Part shown: in pieces, positions 1 to 9,842 of the stretch | Layout: each line of letters opens with the position of its first letter | Numbering within the stretch: position 1 is the first letter of the stretch | DNA from: Patescibacteria group bacterium | GTDB lineage: Bacteria > Patescibacteriota > Patescibacteriia > Magasanikbacterales > UBA922 | Length of the DNA stretch: 64,000 nt | Direction: 5' to 3' | Assembly (NCBI GenBank): GCA_041651535.1 | Contig: JBAZIZ010000005.1 | Coordinates: 26,188-90,187, forward strand | Position numbers and translations under genes: made by a program | Notes under the pieces: generated by a model | What the model was told of the DNA's origin: nothing | The model's input: only the letters and a program-made list of their open reading frames with translations | Database searches by the model: none

Positions 1-192
1 CCAAAAAAACCAGAGATAAAAAATTCTTTAGAAGAATTAAATGATAATTACGATTTTAATCGCAATAGACAAGATAATAATTTACATCATGATGATTTTT
101 CTACAAAAGTTCAAACAAAAACTGACAAAGAAAAAGAAGATACTGAAGATTTGGAAATCCCAGCTTTTTTGAGAAAAAAAATGGACATGTAA
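1..192 (+). CDS. ftsZ: FtsZ C-terminal fragment (gene begins upstream of window)
   Basis: The frame is open from base 1 to TAA at 190-192. The tail ...DLEIPAFLRKKMDM matches the conserved FtsZ C-terminal peptide (D-I-P-x-F-L-R-K), preceded by a low-complexity linker. Confidence 0.55.
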   Translation, partial: PKKPEIKNSLEELNDNYDFNRNRQDNNLHHDDFSTKVQTKTDKEKEDTEDLEIPAFLRKKMDM

Positions 193-229
193 TAAAAAAA
201 GTCAAAATTCAAAATTAAAAAGTAAAAAA

Positions 230-256
230 CCTGCATAGAGCGGGTTTTTTATTTTA
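230..256 (+). terminator. Putative intrinsic terminator after ftsZ
   Basis: Short stem cctgc...gcggg (one G.U pair) followed by a T-run at 245-256. Confidence 0.35.
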
Positions 257-269
257 TAAGTTTTTTTTC

Positions 270-728
270 TTGATTATTTATTATTTTAAAAATCTTATTA
301 CATCATTTTTTTTGTTTTTTACTTTTGACCATATTTTGTGCTATAATATAGACAATAAAATTTATACTATGTATTTATTAGTGTTGCAAAGAATATTATT
401 ATCATTTATTTGGGATTTTTTTTATTTCCCTCTTTGGTGGTATAGTTCGGGAACAAAAAAAGCTATAATTTATTGCTATCATTTTTTTGAATGTGGAAAT
501 GAATTTTTAGCCCCATGGATTTGGTTAAAAAATATTTTTGTACCAATGTTTGGACAATATGATTTTCAAGGACGTCTAGTAAGTTTTTTTGTCAGATTTT
601 TTAATGTATTTTTTAGACTACTGGCTTTATTTTTTTGGTTTTGGTTTGTACTTCTTTTATTTATTTTATGGTTTATTTTGCCGATTTTTGTTTTTTTTAT
701 GTTTTATATTTCGGTTTTTAAAAAATAA
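270..728 (+). CDS. Hypothetical Trp/Phe-rich membrane protein
   Basis: 152-aa ORF with several hydrophobic segments. It ends 2 nt before the next ATG. No recognisable motif. Confidence 0.3.
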   Translation: MIIYYFKNLITSFFLFFTFDHILCYNIDNKIYTMYLLVLQRILLSFIWDFFYFPLWWYSSGTKKAIIYCYHFFECGNEFLAPWIWLKNIFVPMFGQYDFQGRLVSFFVRFFNVFFRLLALFFWFWFVLLLFILWFILPIFVFFMFYISVFKK

Positions 729-730
729 TT

Positions 731-3493
731 ATGCAGTTTAAAAGTAATGAAAAATTAAATTTATTAGCTTGCACTGACTGTAATCGTCCAGATAACAAAG
801 ATAGTAAAGTTTGTAAAATTTGTAAGACAAAAAGTCTAGGTCTTTTTTACGATAATAAGTTTTATTTTTTTCCAGTTATTTTTTCTGATTTTCACGTAAA
901 GTTAAAAAAAGCTACTAGAATTTTAAATAAATTTAGATTTATTTTTTCTTTTTTATTTTCTATTTTATTTTTTACTTTATTTTTTTTAGAAATTTACAGA
1001 AATAATTTATTTTTAGAATTATTTTCAGCTGAATTTTGGTTTAGTGAAGACTATGTTTTTCAAGGATTTTTTTGGTTAGCCATATTTTTTGTAATGTATT
1101 TTTGGTACAGACTGATTATGAGAGAAAAAAAGACATATTTTATAAATTATGAAAGAGGAATTGAAAAAAAAGAAGGAATATATAGTAAAACTTTAGAAAA
1201 AGATTTAACTTGGAATGATTTACCTAATTATTCAAAAAAAAATCAAATAAATATTTCTAAATTTTTAACTCCTGATGCTTGGAATGCTTTGCAAAATGCT
1301 TATGAATTGGCTAGAAAATTTAATAGTAGGGAAGTTAATATTGATCATCTTTTTATTAGTCTTTTAGATTTTCCAGCTATTCAAAATATTTTTATTAGAC
1401 TAGGCATTCCAGCTAAAATTTTACAAGCTAGATTTGTTCAGAGATTAAAAAAAGAAAAATACAAAAGTCAAATTCTTTTTAATGAAGATTTAAACCAAAT
1501 TTTATTTCACGGATTTTTTATTTCTAAAGAATTAAAAGATAATCGTTATCGTTTGACAGCTATTTTACTTTCTACAGTACAACAGTCAGAATTTTTACAA
1601 GAAGTCTTGTATGACTTAAAAATTGACAGTGAAAAATTAAAAAATGTAATTGAATGGGTAAGAATTAATGAAAAACTTTGGGAAAATTATCATGAATTTA
1701 GAAAAGCAGCTAGCGGAATAAATAAATATGGCATGGATCGAGCTATGACAGCTGTGGCTACACCTTATTTAAATAATTTTAGTCGTGATATTACAATTGC
1801 TGCTAAATATGGAAATTTAGATGCCTGTGTGGCTAGAGAAAAAGAAATTGAAGAAGTTTTTAGAATTTTAGAAGGCGGAAAAAACAATGTAGTTTTAGTA
1901 GGTGATCGGGGAGTTGGTAAATTAGCTCTTATCCAAGGTATAGTCCAAAAAATGATCAATGGCGATGCACCAAAAAAACTTTTGGATAAAAGATTTGTCC
2001 AAATTTCTACTTCGTCATTGATGGCCGGAACTACAATTGCTGGTGCTCAAGAAAGGATGATCAGAATAATGAATGAAGTTGCCAGAGCTGGAAATATAAT
2101 TTTGTTTATAAAAAATCTTCAAGATTTACTCACTGTTTCTGAAGGACAAAAAGAAGGTTTAGATGTCTCAGAAACTTTGGCAGAATATTTGTCTAGTGGT
2201 AGATTTATTATGTTTGCAACAACGACAAAAGAAGCTTATAACCAGTTTTTGACAAATACAGAAATCGGTTCAGTTTTTAGTAAGGTTGATGTTGAAGAAA
2301 TGAATATTAACCAAGCTATTCAAGTTTTAGAATCTAGAGTTTCTGTGGTTGAGTATAAAAATAGTGTATTTTTTTCTTATGAAGCAGTTGAATCTTGTGT
2401 AAATTTTGCAGATAAATTTTTTTATGATCAAAATTTACCAGAATCAGCTATATCACTTATGATGGAAGTTGCTAGTTATGTAAAAAGTAAACGTGGAAAA
2501 AATCAATTAGTGACAAAAGAAGATGTAGCTATAGTAATCAATGAAAAAACTGGAATTCCGGCTACTACTGTTTCTGAAGATGAAGGACAGAAATTATTAC
2601 GTCTGGAAGAAGAAATGCATAAACGTGTTGTGGGTCAAGATTTGGCTGTTTCTATGATTGCTAATGCTTTGCGTCGTGCTCGAGCTGAAATTAGATCTGT
2701 AAAAAAACCAATTGCCAACTTTTTATTTTTAGGTCCGACTGGAGTAGGAAAAACTGAATTAGCCAAAACTATCGCTGAAGTTTATTTTGGTGGTGAAAAA
2801 CAAATGATCAGAATTGATATGAGTGAGTTTCAAGATAAATCTTCAATTTATCGATTGATTGGTGAGCCAAATGTTCAAGGGACTGGAATTTTAACTGAAG
2901 CAGTCAGACAGAATCCTTTTTCTTTAGTTTTACTTGATGAACTTGAAAAAGCTGATCAAAATGTTTTAAATTTATTTTTACAAGTTTTTGACGACGGACG
3001 TCTTACTGATAGTGTAGGCAGAACAATAGATTTTACAAATACAATTATTATTGCGACTTCAAACGCTGGTTCTAGTTTTGTTCAAGATCAAGTTTCTAAA
3101 GGAATTGATTTAGAATCAGTTCGTGATATTTTATTAAAAAGTGAATTAAAAAATTATTATAAGCCAGAATTTTTAAATCGTTTTGACGGAGTTATTTTAT
3201 TTAAGGCTTTAAATAAAGAAGAAATAAAAATTATTGCCAGTTTAATGTTAAAAAGAGTTGCAAAAGATCTAGAAAAACGAGGTATAGAATTAAAAGTTGA
3301 AAATAGTGCTTTAAATTATTTAGCTGAAATTGGTTTTGATCCAGAATTTGGGGCTAGACCAATGCGACGAGCTATCCAAGATAAAGTTGAAAATAAATTA
3401 GCTGAAATAATTTTGAAAGGTGCTTTAAAAAGAAGAGATATTATTGTTTTAGGAGAAAATTGTGAGATAGAAATAAAATCAGCAAATAAATAA
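731..3493 (+). CDS. Clp/Hsp100-family AAA+ ATPase (ClpC/ClpA-like) with an N-terminal zinc-ribbon plus two TM helices and a degenerate D1 domain
   Basis: Clp_N-like repeats around aa 180-330. D1 P-loop reads GDRGVGKL (T/S replaced by L) and the D1 Walker B reads FIKNLQ (DE lost). D2 is canonical: GPTGVGKTELAK, LLDELEKA, sensor GARPMRRAI. The N-terminal about 150 aa has CTDCN...CKICK and two hydrophobic helices. Confidence 0.85.
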   Translation: MQFKSNEKLNLLACTDCNRPDNKDSKVCKICKTKSLGLFYDNKFYFFPVIFSDFHVKLKKATRILNKFRFIFSFLFSILFFTLFFLEIYRNNLFLELFSAEFWFSEDYVFQGFFWLAIFFVMYFWYRLIMREKKTYFINYERGIEKKEGIYSKTLEKDLTWNDLPNYSKKNQINISKFLTPDAWNALQNAYELARKFNSREVNIDHLFISLLDFPAIQNIFIRLGIPAKILQARFVQRLKKEKYKSQILFNEDLNQILFHGFFISKELKDNRYRLTAILLSTVQQSEFLQEVLYDLKIDSEKLKNVIEWVRINEKLWENYHEFRKAASGINKYGMDRAMTAVATPYLNNFSRDITIAAKYGNLDACVAREKEIEEVFRILEGGKNNVVLVGDRGVGKLALIQGIVQKMINGDAPKKLLDKRFVQISTSSLMAGTTIAGAQERMIRIMNEVARAGNIILFIKNLQDLLTVSEGQKEGLDVSETLAEYLSSGRFIMFATTTKEAYNQFLTNTEIGSVFSKVDVEEMNINQAIQVLESRVSVVEYKNSVFFSYEAVESCVNFADKFFYDQNLPESAISLMMEVASYVKSKRGKNQLVTKEDVAIVINEKTGIPATTVSEDEGQKLLRLEEEMHKRVVGQDLAVSMIANALRRARAEIRSVKKPIANFLFLGPTGVGKTELAKTIAEVYFGGEKQMIRIDMSEFQDKSSIYRLIGEPNVQGTGILTEAVRQNPFSLVLLDELEKADQNVLNLFLQVFDDGRLTDSVGRTIDFTNTIIIATSNAGSSFVQDQVSKGIDLESVRDILLKSELKNYYKPEFLNRFDGVILFKALNKEEIKIIASLMLKRVAKDLEKRGIELKVENSALNYLAEIGFDPEFGARPMRRAIQDKVENKLAEIILKGALKRRDIIVLGENCEIEIKSANK

Positions 3494-3494
3494 T

Positions 3495-4571
3495 ATGTTT
3501 TTAGCTTATTTTTTATTTAGTTTTTTATTAAGTTGTATCACAACTTTTTTTGTGATTGTTTTGATGAGAAAAATGGCTATTTTTGATAAAGCAAAAAAAC
3601 AAAGTAGAAAAATTCATAAAAAAAATATCCCTCTTGGTGGTGGTTTAGCAATTTTTATTTCTGTGTTTTTACTTATTTTTTCATTGCTTTTAAGTAAAAG
3701 TCATTTTTTTTACATTGATATATTGCCAAGACAAATTTTAGGATTATTTATTGGTTCAATTATAATTATGATTGGTGGTTTTTTGGATGATAAATATGAT
3801 TTGCGACCACGATATCAAATTTTGTTTCCAATTTTAGCGAGTTTATCAATAATTTTTTTTGGTATCGGACCACATTTTATAACTAATCCTTTTGGTTTAG
3901 GAACTATAGATTTGAGTCGTTTTACTTTTAAAATATTTAATTTCGGTAATTTTGTACTTTTAGCTGATTTGTTAGTTTTTGTATGGTTAATGCTTATGAT
4001 GTACGCTACAAAATTTTTAGATGGTTTAGATGGTTTAGCTTCTGGAGTTTCTTTTATTGGTTCAATTGTTATCTTTTTTTTGTCATTGCAAGATAAATGG
4101 TATCAGCCAGATGTGGCCATGCTTGCAATTATTTTTGCTGGAGCTTGTCTGGGTTTTTTGTTATGGAATTGGTCCCCAGCAAAAATTTTTTTAGGTGAAG
4201 GTGGAAGTATTTTTTTGGGATTTTTCTTAGGAGTTTTAGCAATAATTTCTGGTGGCAAAATAGCAACAACTATGTTAGTTATGGCAATACCAATTTTAGA
4301 TATTTTTAGAGTTATTATTATCAGATGGAAAAAAGGACAAGCAATTTATAAAGGAGATAACGAACATATTCATCATAAATTATTAAAAATTGGTTTTAGT
4401 CAAAAACAAACAGTCTTAATTTTATTTTTTTTCAGTTTTTTGTGTGGCATGGGAGCACTATTTTTTCAAACTGGTGGTAAAGTTTTAACTTTTATATTTT
4501 TATCCATTGTGATGTTAATGATATTATTTTTTTCTTCTGTTAAAAATAAAAAATATGAGTTTAAAAAATAA
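3495..4571 (+). CDS. Polyprenyl-phosphate sugar-1-phosphate transferase, glycosyltransferase family 4 (MraY/WecA-like)
   Basis: Multi-pass membrane protein with DDKYDLRPRYQ and FLDGLDGLASG motifs characteristic of the MraY/WecA family. 358 aa. Confidence 0.75.
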   Translation: MFLAYFLFSFLLSCITTFFVIVLMRKMAIFDKAKKQSRKIHKKNIPLGGGLAIFISVFLLIFSLLLSKSHFFYIDILPRQILGLFIGSIIIMIGGFLDDKYDLRPRYQILFPILASLSIIFFGIGPHFITNPFGLGTIDLSRFTFKIFNFGNFVLLADLLVFVWLMLMMYATKFLDGLDGLASGVSFIGSIVIFFLSLQDKWYQPDVAMLAIIFAGACLGFLLWNWSPAKIFLGEGGSIFLGFFLGVLAIISGGKIATTMLVMAIPILDIFRVIIIRWKKGQAIYKGDNEHIHHKLLKIGFSQKQTVLILFFFSFLCGMGALFFQTGGKVLTFIFLSIVMLMILFFSSVKNKKYEFKK

Positions 4572-5016
4572 TAAACAAAAAATTTATTTGCTTGTATTTA
4601 TATTTTTTTTATTTTTTGCTTTTTTTTGGCAAAGATTTTATTTTCAAAAAATTGAAATCAATCTAGCTAATCAAGAATTAAAAGTTTTAGTAGCTAAAAG
4701 TATTTACCAACAAAAAAAAGGTTTGGGTGGTAGAAAAGAAATGAAAAATTTTGATGCCATGCTTTTTCCTTATAATTCTTTAGCTAGACATGGAATAGTC
4801 ATGCGAGATATGAATTTTGCGATTGATATTATCTGGCTAAAAAATACTGAAATAGTTGATATGGCACCACATGTTGATCCAGAACCAGGCGTAGATGAAG
4901 CAAAATTACATATTTATTACCCAAGAACAGTTGCAAATATGGTTTTGGAACTCCCAGCTGGTTTTATAGAACAAAATCAGTTAAAAATAGGTGATAAAAT
5001 TTTGATTGTGGAGTAA
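4555..5016 (+). CDS. DUF192-family protein (secreted or membrane-anchored)
   Basis: N-terminal hydrophobic segment. The central region MLFPYNS...MRDMNFAIDIIWL...ELPAGFIE resembles DUF192 (COG1430). It overlaps the upstream gene by 17 nt. Confidence 0.45.
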   Translation: MSLKNNKQKIYLLVFIFFLFFAFFWQRFYFQKIEINLANQELKVLVAKSIYQQKKGLGGRKEMKNFDAMLFPYNSLARHGIVMRDMNFAIDIIWLKNTEIVDMAPHVDPEPGVDEAKLHIYYPRTVANMVLELPAGFIEQNQLKIGDKILIVE

Positions 5017-5088
5017 AAACTTGACTTTTTAGTGATGATAAGATAAAATAGAGCTGTTTCCCATTAATTTAATAATAATCATTTAAAT

Positions 5089-5403
5089 ATGTTCGCAGTC
5101 ATTGAAACAGGCGGTAAACAATATTTGGTCAAAAAAGGCGACAAAATAAAAATAGAAAAATTAAACGCCGAAGTTGATTCGGAAGTAAGTTTTGACAAAG
5201 TTTTGCTTACTAGCGAAGAAGACGGAAAAAATACTAAAATTGGAACTCCTTATTTAGTAGGAACACAAGTTGTTGCTAAAGTTTTGGAAAATTCACGTAG
5301 TAAAAAAATTAGAGTGATCAAATACAAAAGAAAAGTTAGATACAAAAGAGCTAATGGTCATCGCCAACATTATACAAAAGTTTTGATAGAAAATATAAAA
5401 TAA
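5089..5403 (+). CDS. rplU: 50S ribosomal protein L21
   Basis: MFAVIETGGKQYLVKKGDKIKIEKL... is the typical L21 N-terminus. 104 aa with a basic C-terminus. Confidence 0.9.
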   Translation: MFAVIETGGKQYLVKKGDKIKIEKLNAEVDSEVSFDKVLLTSEEDGKNTKIGTPYLVGTQVVAKVLENSRSKKIRVIKYKRKVRYKRANGHRQHYTKVLIENIK

Positions 5404-5458
5404 TCCGCACTAAGCGGGTTTTTTATTTATTAAAAAATCCACTTATTTGAGTGGATTT
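5404..5458. terminator. Bidirectional terminator pair between rplU and the convergent gene
   Basis: Hairpin ccgcactaagcggg plus T-run (5404-5426), and hairpin atccacttatttgagtggat (5437-5456) flanked by A/T runs. Confidence 0.5.
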
Positions 5459-5475
5459 TATTTTAAAATAGTTTA

Positions 5476-7233
5476 TTAATTTTTTAGTATTAAATTTTCG
5501 TTTACTTTTTTTATTTCTTTTTCTATAAAAGTATCAACAGCTGCCAAAGAATTATTTTTTAAAATAAGTAAATTTTTGGTTTCTTCTATATTTTTTGGAG
5601 TAAAAGCAACTTCAAAATAAACACCAACTTTTTCATGAGGATTTAAAGCTGTTGTTTCCCAATGAATATTATTATTTTTTTCATTAAAAATTATATTGTT
5701 TCCTTTGCTCACACTAGTTTTGCCAGTAAAAGAAATGTTAGCTGATAAATTTGTATCTAAAATTAAATTTTTTATACGACTACTGCCATTTTCAATTTCA
5801 AGAAAAACCCAATATTTGCTTTCTTTGTTAATTTCTGGTGGATTTGGTCCACGTCCGATTTGGTCTCCTTCGTTTGTGTAATATTTTAAACTTTGGTCAA
5901 AAATAATATTTGTGCCTATTTTAACTTCAGAAGTTTGACTATCAATTTCAAAAATATCCAAACTATTTTCAACTTCAGATTTAATTACCGGAGTTAAAAC
6001 TAATTTTATGTCAGTTCCTTGTGGATAAGTTAAAATTGGTAAGATAATTTCAATATTTTTTTCTTCGTTTTGAACCAATTTATTTATAATATTAATTTTT
6101 AAATTTTTATTGTTATAAGTAGCAATAGAATTTAAGTCTTTTATTTTATTACTATCAATTAAGGTTGTATCAATCGGAATATTTATTTCTAGGTTTTTTA
6201 AATCAGTGTCACCAGAATTTTTTAAATTTAAGTTTAATTTTAAATTTTCAGCTGGAGAAACTGAATTGATATTGTTTTGCCAATTGCTAGTTAAAATTAA
6301 GTCTGGATGTAAAATCACAAAATTATGAGAGATAGTATTTTGTTTTATTACTGTTTGATTAATTTCTAAACTAGGTGTGATAGAATAATTTATTTGCTTT
6401 GACTCAAAAGAATTTTTTAATTTTAAAATTACGGAAAATAATTGTTCTGTTTGTGGTTTAAGTTCGGAAATTTTTATAGTTGGCTCACCATAAATTACTG
6501 AAAAATTTTCATTTTCTAAATTGATTTCTATGTTATTTAAAATTAATTCACCATCATTTTTTATTTTCAATTTGATCGGAGTACTACCGTAGTCTAGGAT
6601 ATTATTATTAGCAATAATTTCAGTTTGTAATACTGAACCACGTGGTATAGTGATAAGTGGAATATATTTTTCTTCAATTCTAGATTTGTCTTCTTGTTTA
6701 TAAACCAATTTAGCATGAATAAAGTGGTGTTCGTCAGGAGTGCCGTAAAACCAACCAGAAATCATCACTGAACCACATTCACCAGCTTTGATATCTAACA
6801 AAGAGAATTCATTAGTTTTTTTATCAAAATTTTCTGGCAAAGTTTTATCAAGCATAAAACCTTGAGGTAATTCAATTTTTAAAATTGAATCTTCCATTTT
6901 TACCGTACTTTCATTTTTATAACTAATTTTGTAAGTGATATAATCACCACTTTTAATTTTTGTATTTGGTTGTTCAATATTTATGTAAACTAAATCAGTA
7001 ATTGTTGGGTCATAAGTCCACCAAAAAATTGTGGTAAATCCAATAAAAAAAATACTAATTAAAAGACATAAATCAAAAATAAAAAGTTTTTTGGCATGAA
7101 CATAATTTAGATGATAAACTTTTTTATAATGTTTTTCTGCTAAATGAATAGGGTAGATAATTGTAGCCAAAAACCATTTTAGAGGTGAATGACGTAAATG
7201 ATGCAGAGTAAAATAAGTTTCAAAAAATTTCAT
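5476..7233 (-). CDS. Hypothetical membrane-anchored protein with a large beta-rich extracytoplasmic region
   Basis: 585-aa ORF. N-terminal TM helix (FIFDLCLLISIFFIGFTTIFWW), then a long Asn/Ile/Lys-rich region. No recognised catalytic motif. Confidence 0.5.
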   Translation of the reverse strand: MKFFETYFTLHHLRHSPLKWFLATIIYPIHLAEKHYKKVYHLNYVHAKKLFIFDLCLLISIFFIGFTTIFWWTYDPTITDLVYINIEQPNTKIKSGDYITYKISYKNESTVKMEDSILKIELPQGFMLDKTLPENFDKKTNEFSLLDIKAGECGSVMISGWFYGTPDEHHFIHAKLVYKQEDKSRIEEKYIPLITIPRGSVLQTEIIANNNILDYGSTPIKLKIKNDGELILNNIEINLENENFSVIYGEPTIKISELKPQTEQLFSVILKLKNSFESKQINYSITPSLEINQTVIKQNTISHNFVILHPDLILTSNWQNNINSVSPAENLKLNLNLKNSGDTDLKNLEINIPIDTTLIDSNKIKDLNSIATYNNKNLKINIINKLVQNEEKNIEIILPILTYPQGTDIKLVLTPVIKSEVENSLDIFEIDSQTSEVKIGTNIIFDQSLKYYTNEGDQIGRGPNPPEINKESKYWVFLEIENGSSRIKNLILDTNLSANISFTGKTSVSKGNNIIFNEKNNNIHWETTALNPHEKVGVYFEVAFTPKNIEETKNLLILKNNSLAAVDTFIEKEIKKVNENLILKN

Positions 7234-7315
7234 ATTTAAGTATTAAAACTAGTTATAGTATATAGAAAAAACCATAAAAATTCAATTTATTTTTAAAATT
7301 TTAGTAAAAAAATAT

Positions 7316-7344
7316 TTGACAAAGATAAAAAAATTTATTATTAT
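7316..7344 (+). promoter_or_regulatory. Sigma-70-like promoter (TTGACA-17-TATTAT) with AGGAGG RBS for the gene at 7386
   Basis: ttgaca at 7316-7321, a 17-nt spacer, tattat at 7339-7344. aggagg at 7375-7380 lies 5 nt before the ATG at 7386. Confidence 0.5.
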
Positions 7345-7385
7345 GTTTGGCAAATTGCCCTTTTTATTTTTTTTAGGAGGAAAAA

Positions 7386-7823
7386 ATGTACAAGTTGAAA
7401 AGTGTTTTTTATGTTTTAGGTTGGATTGCTGGAATCGCAGCTGTGATTTCGGCGGGCATGACAGCTTATTTGGCTGTTGAGAGTCCAAGTATACCTTTTT
7501 ATAGGTATGCTGTGGATCCAATTGCAGGTTCGTTGGTTTTTATGTTTTTTGTTTGGAGGATAAAGAAATCTTGGAGAAAGATTCTTCTCCTTAAAATAAA
7601 GGACTTGTCGGTCGTGATTTTTTTGCCGATAATGTCTCTTGGATTTCTTTACGGGATTATAACTCATAAAGGAATTCTTGTGAGTTTACAGACTGGGCTT
7701 ATTTGGATCTGTTGGCTTGTATTTGTTTTTTTTGTGTTGTTTGTTGCACTTTTGATTGTTTTGGCGGCAATAACAACCAAAGAATATAACAAGCAGAGGA
7801 GGAAATCCTACTCGGCGGATTAA
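7386..7823 (+). CDS. Hypothetical multi-pass membrane protein
   Basis: 145 aa with four hydrophobic helices. It has a strong promoter and RBS upstream. Confidence 0.55.
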   Translation: MYKLKSVFYVLGWIAGIAAVISAGMTAYLAVESPSIPFYRYAVDPIAGSLVFMFFVWRIKKSWRKILLLKIKDLSVVIFLPIMSLGFLYGIITHKGILVSLQTGLIWICWLVFVFFVLFVALLIVLAAITTKEYNKQRRKSYSAD

Positions 7824-7856
7824 AAAATAAGAGAGCCACTTTATTACCGGAACCCT

Positions 7857-9017
7857 GTGTTCCGGTTGTTTTTTTATACAGAAAATGTTAAGATAAACAA
7901 AAATATGAATAAAAATATTTTTTCATTTTTAATATTTATTTTTTTAATTTGTTTAATATTTTTAAGCGGATTTTTTGTCCGTAAATATTTTTTTCTTACA
8001 AAAAATGATTTGGTAAAAAATGATAAATTAATTCCTTTAAATATAAATAAAGCTGATTTTTTAAATAAAAAAAATGATAAGGTTTTTGCCTATCCTCAGA
8101 AAAAATTTTCTTTGTTTATTGCTGGTGATATTATGCTTGATCGGAGTGTGCAAGAAAAAATTACTAGTAGCGGAAAAGGGGATTATTCTTTTCCTTTTGC
8201 CTTTATCAATGAAGATTTAAAAACATACAATATTAAACTCGCAAATTTGGAAGGTCCTATTACTGATTTCAAATCCATTGCTGAACCAAATAAACCAATT
8301 TTTACCTTTTCAACGCAGTTTTTACCGATATTATCAGAAAATTTTGATTTGTTTAATTTGGCAAATAATCATACTTATAATTTTGGTTTTAATGGTCTTT
8401 TGCAGACTCGTGATTATTTATCTAAAAATAATCTAAATTATTTTGGAGACCCAAATAATGAACAGCAAAATCTTTCTTTTGTGATAAAACAAAATGATTT
8501 GAAAATTGGGGTTATTTCTTATAATGATTTAATTGATTTTGATTTTAATATTGTTTTGGATGAAATTGAAAAAATAAAATCAGATCAAGTTAATTTTATA
8601 ATTGTTTTTCCGCATTGGGGGACAGAATATGTTTATCGTCCAAATAGTAAACAAATTGAAGAAGCTCATTTACTGATTGATGCTGGGGCTGATTTGATTG
8701 TCGGTGGTCATCCACATGTGATTCAATCAATTGAAAAATACAAAGAAAAATTTATTTTTTATAGTTTAGGAAATTTTGTTTTTGATCAATATTTTGCTGA
8801 TGACACTATGACAGGTTTGACTTTAGTTTTAAATTTTTGGCAGGAAAAAAATGAAATAAAAAATGAGATTGAAATTAAACCAATAAAAATAAATAAAGAT
8901 TGTCAGGTGTTTTTTGCTGATCAAATTCAAAATGAAGAGACTTTAAAATTTTTGATAGACAATTCAGATATTGATATTATTTTACAAAATCAAATTTTGT
9001 CAGGAATTTTAAAATAA
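7857..9017 (+). CDS. CapA/PgsA-like metallophosphatase (poly-gamma-glutamate synthesis family)
   Basis: N-terminal signal or TM segment, GDIMLDRSV, ANNHTYNFG and GGHPHVIQ motifs of the CapA family. The true start is probably the internal ATG giving MNKNIFSFLIFIF. Confidence 0.6.
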   Translation: MFRLFFYTENVKINKNMNKNIFSFLIFIFLICLIFLSGFFVRKYFFLTKNDLVKNDKLIPLNINKADFLNKKNDKVFAYPQKKFSLFIAGDIMLDRSVQEKITSSGKGDYSFPFAFINEDLKTYNIKLANLEGPITDFKSIAEPNKPIFTFSTQFLPILSENFDLFNLANNHTYNFGFNGLLQTRDYLSKNNLNYFGDPNNEQQNLSFVIKQNDLKIGVISYNDLIDFDFNIVLDEIEKIKSDQVNFIIVFPHWGTEYVYRPNSKQIEEAHLLIDAGADLIVGGHPHVIQSIEKYKEKFIFYSLGNFVFDQYFADDTMTGLTLVLNFWQEKNEIKNEIEIKPIKINKDCQVFFADQIQNEETLKFLIDNSDIDIILQNQILSGILK

Positions 9018-9045
9018 AAAAATTCCGCCAGCCAGCGGATTTTTA
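9017..9045. terminator. Bidirectional intrinsic terminator
   Basis: ttccgccagccagcggattttt hairpin with flanking A and T runs between convergent genes. Confidence 0.5.
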
Positions 9046-9390
9046 TTTATTTTTTTCTTTATTACCCAGACTTTTTTTGCTAGGGGAATATAATGTATTT
9101 TTTATTTTCCATTTATCTACATATTGACCTATACCAAATTGGTCAGATTTATTTTTTACAGTTGTCTTTTTTTGTGACCATTTAACTAAACTTTCAAAGT
9201 TTATTTTGTATCTATCAGCAACTACAACATAAGTTAAATCTTGATTTTTTATAGCACGACGAATAGTCTGTGGATTTACACCAAATAATCTAGCAGCTTC
9301 AGATATTGAAACTCGTATTATTTCTTTTTTTTCTTCACTTTTATTATCAATATTTTTTTGATTGTCGGTTTGGTTTATGTTTAGTTCCAT
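9043..9390 (-). CDS. Small HTH DNA-binding protein (HTH_17/excisionase-like fold)
   Basis: ISEAARLFGVNPQTIRRAIKNQDL is a helix-turn-helix segment. Acidic N-terminus, basic C-terminus. Confidence 0.5.
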   Translation of the reverse strand: MELNINQTDNQKNIDNKSEEKKEIIRVSISEAARLFGVNPQTIRRAIKNQDLTYVVVADRYKINFESLVKWSQKKTTVKNKSDQFGIGQYVDKWKIKNTLYSPSKKSLGNKEKNK

Positions 9391-9842
9391 AAAACTTTTT
9401 ACACAAGAAACATACCATAAAAATATCTGTTTGTCAAGATAAAAATATTTTTTTGTCTACAATACTCTATACAAAAATCATAAAAAAGGTTTAATTTATC
9501 TTTAAAATAATGGTTTTTGTATACAATAGTCTATACAAATTATAATTTAAGATTTATGATTTTAGAATTTTTATTATTAAAAAATTAGTTTTTTAGAATA
9601 TTAATTTAAAATTTAGACTAATAATTATTATATATAAAATTATTAAGAAAAACTATTCTGAAATCTTAATTCTTAATTCTAAAATTGTTTGTGGATAAGT
9701 TTTTGAAAAAAAAGAAATAATGTGTTATTATTTTTTGTAATAAAAGGGGCAAATCTAAAGCAATTTAGATTCACAAATAAAGGCTATACAGTAGAGTGTG
9801 CATTAAAAGTGTAACACTTTTTTAATTTATACGTCTTCTATT

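Noticed and set aside
1765-1959. Short antisense ORFs inside confidently assigned genes (for example 1765-1959, 10787-11455, 12634-15543 minus-strand set, 16738-17154, 19997-20395, 24182-24585, 29357-29911, 30714-31031, 42031-42315, 48410-48661, 51294-53331 set, 56472-57143, 57871-58424).
   Set aside because: All lie entirely within longer ORFs that carry clear family motifs on the other strand. Their amino-acid composition is the mirror image of the sense genes (Ser/Leu/Phe-rich). No independent support.
7282-7667. Minus-strand ORFs 7282-7521 and 7416-7667.
   Set aside because: They overlap the promoter/RBS and 5' half of the well-supported plus-strand membrane-protein gene at 7386. Basic low-complexity translations.
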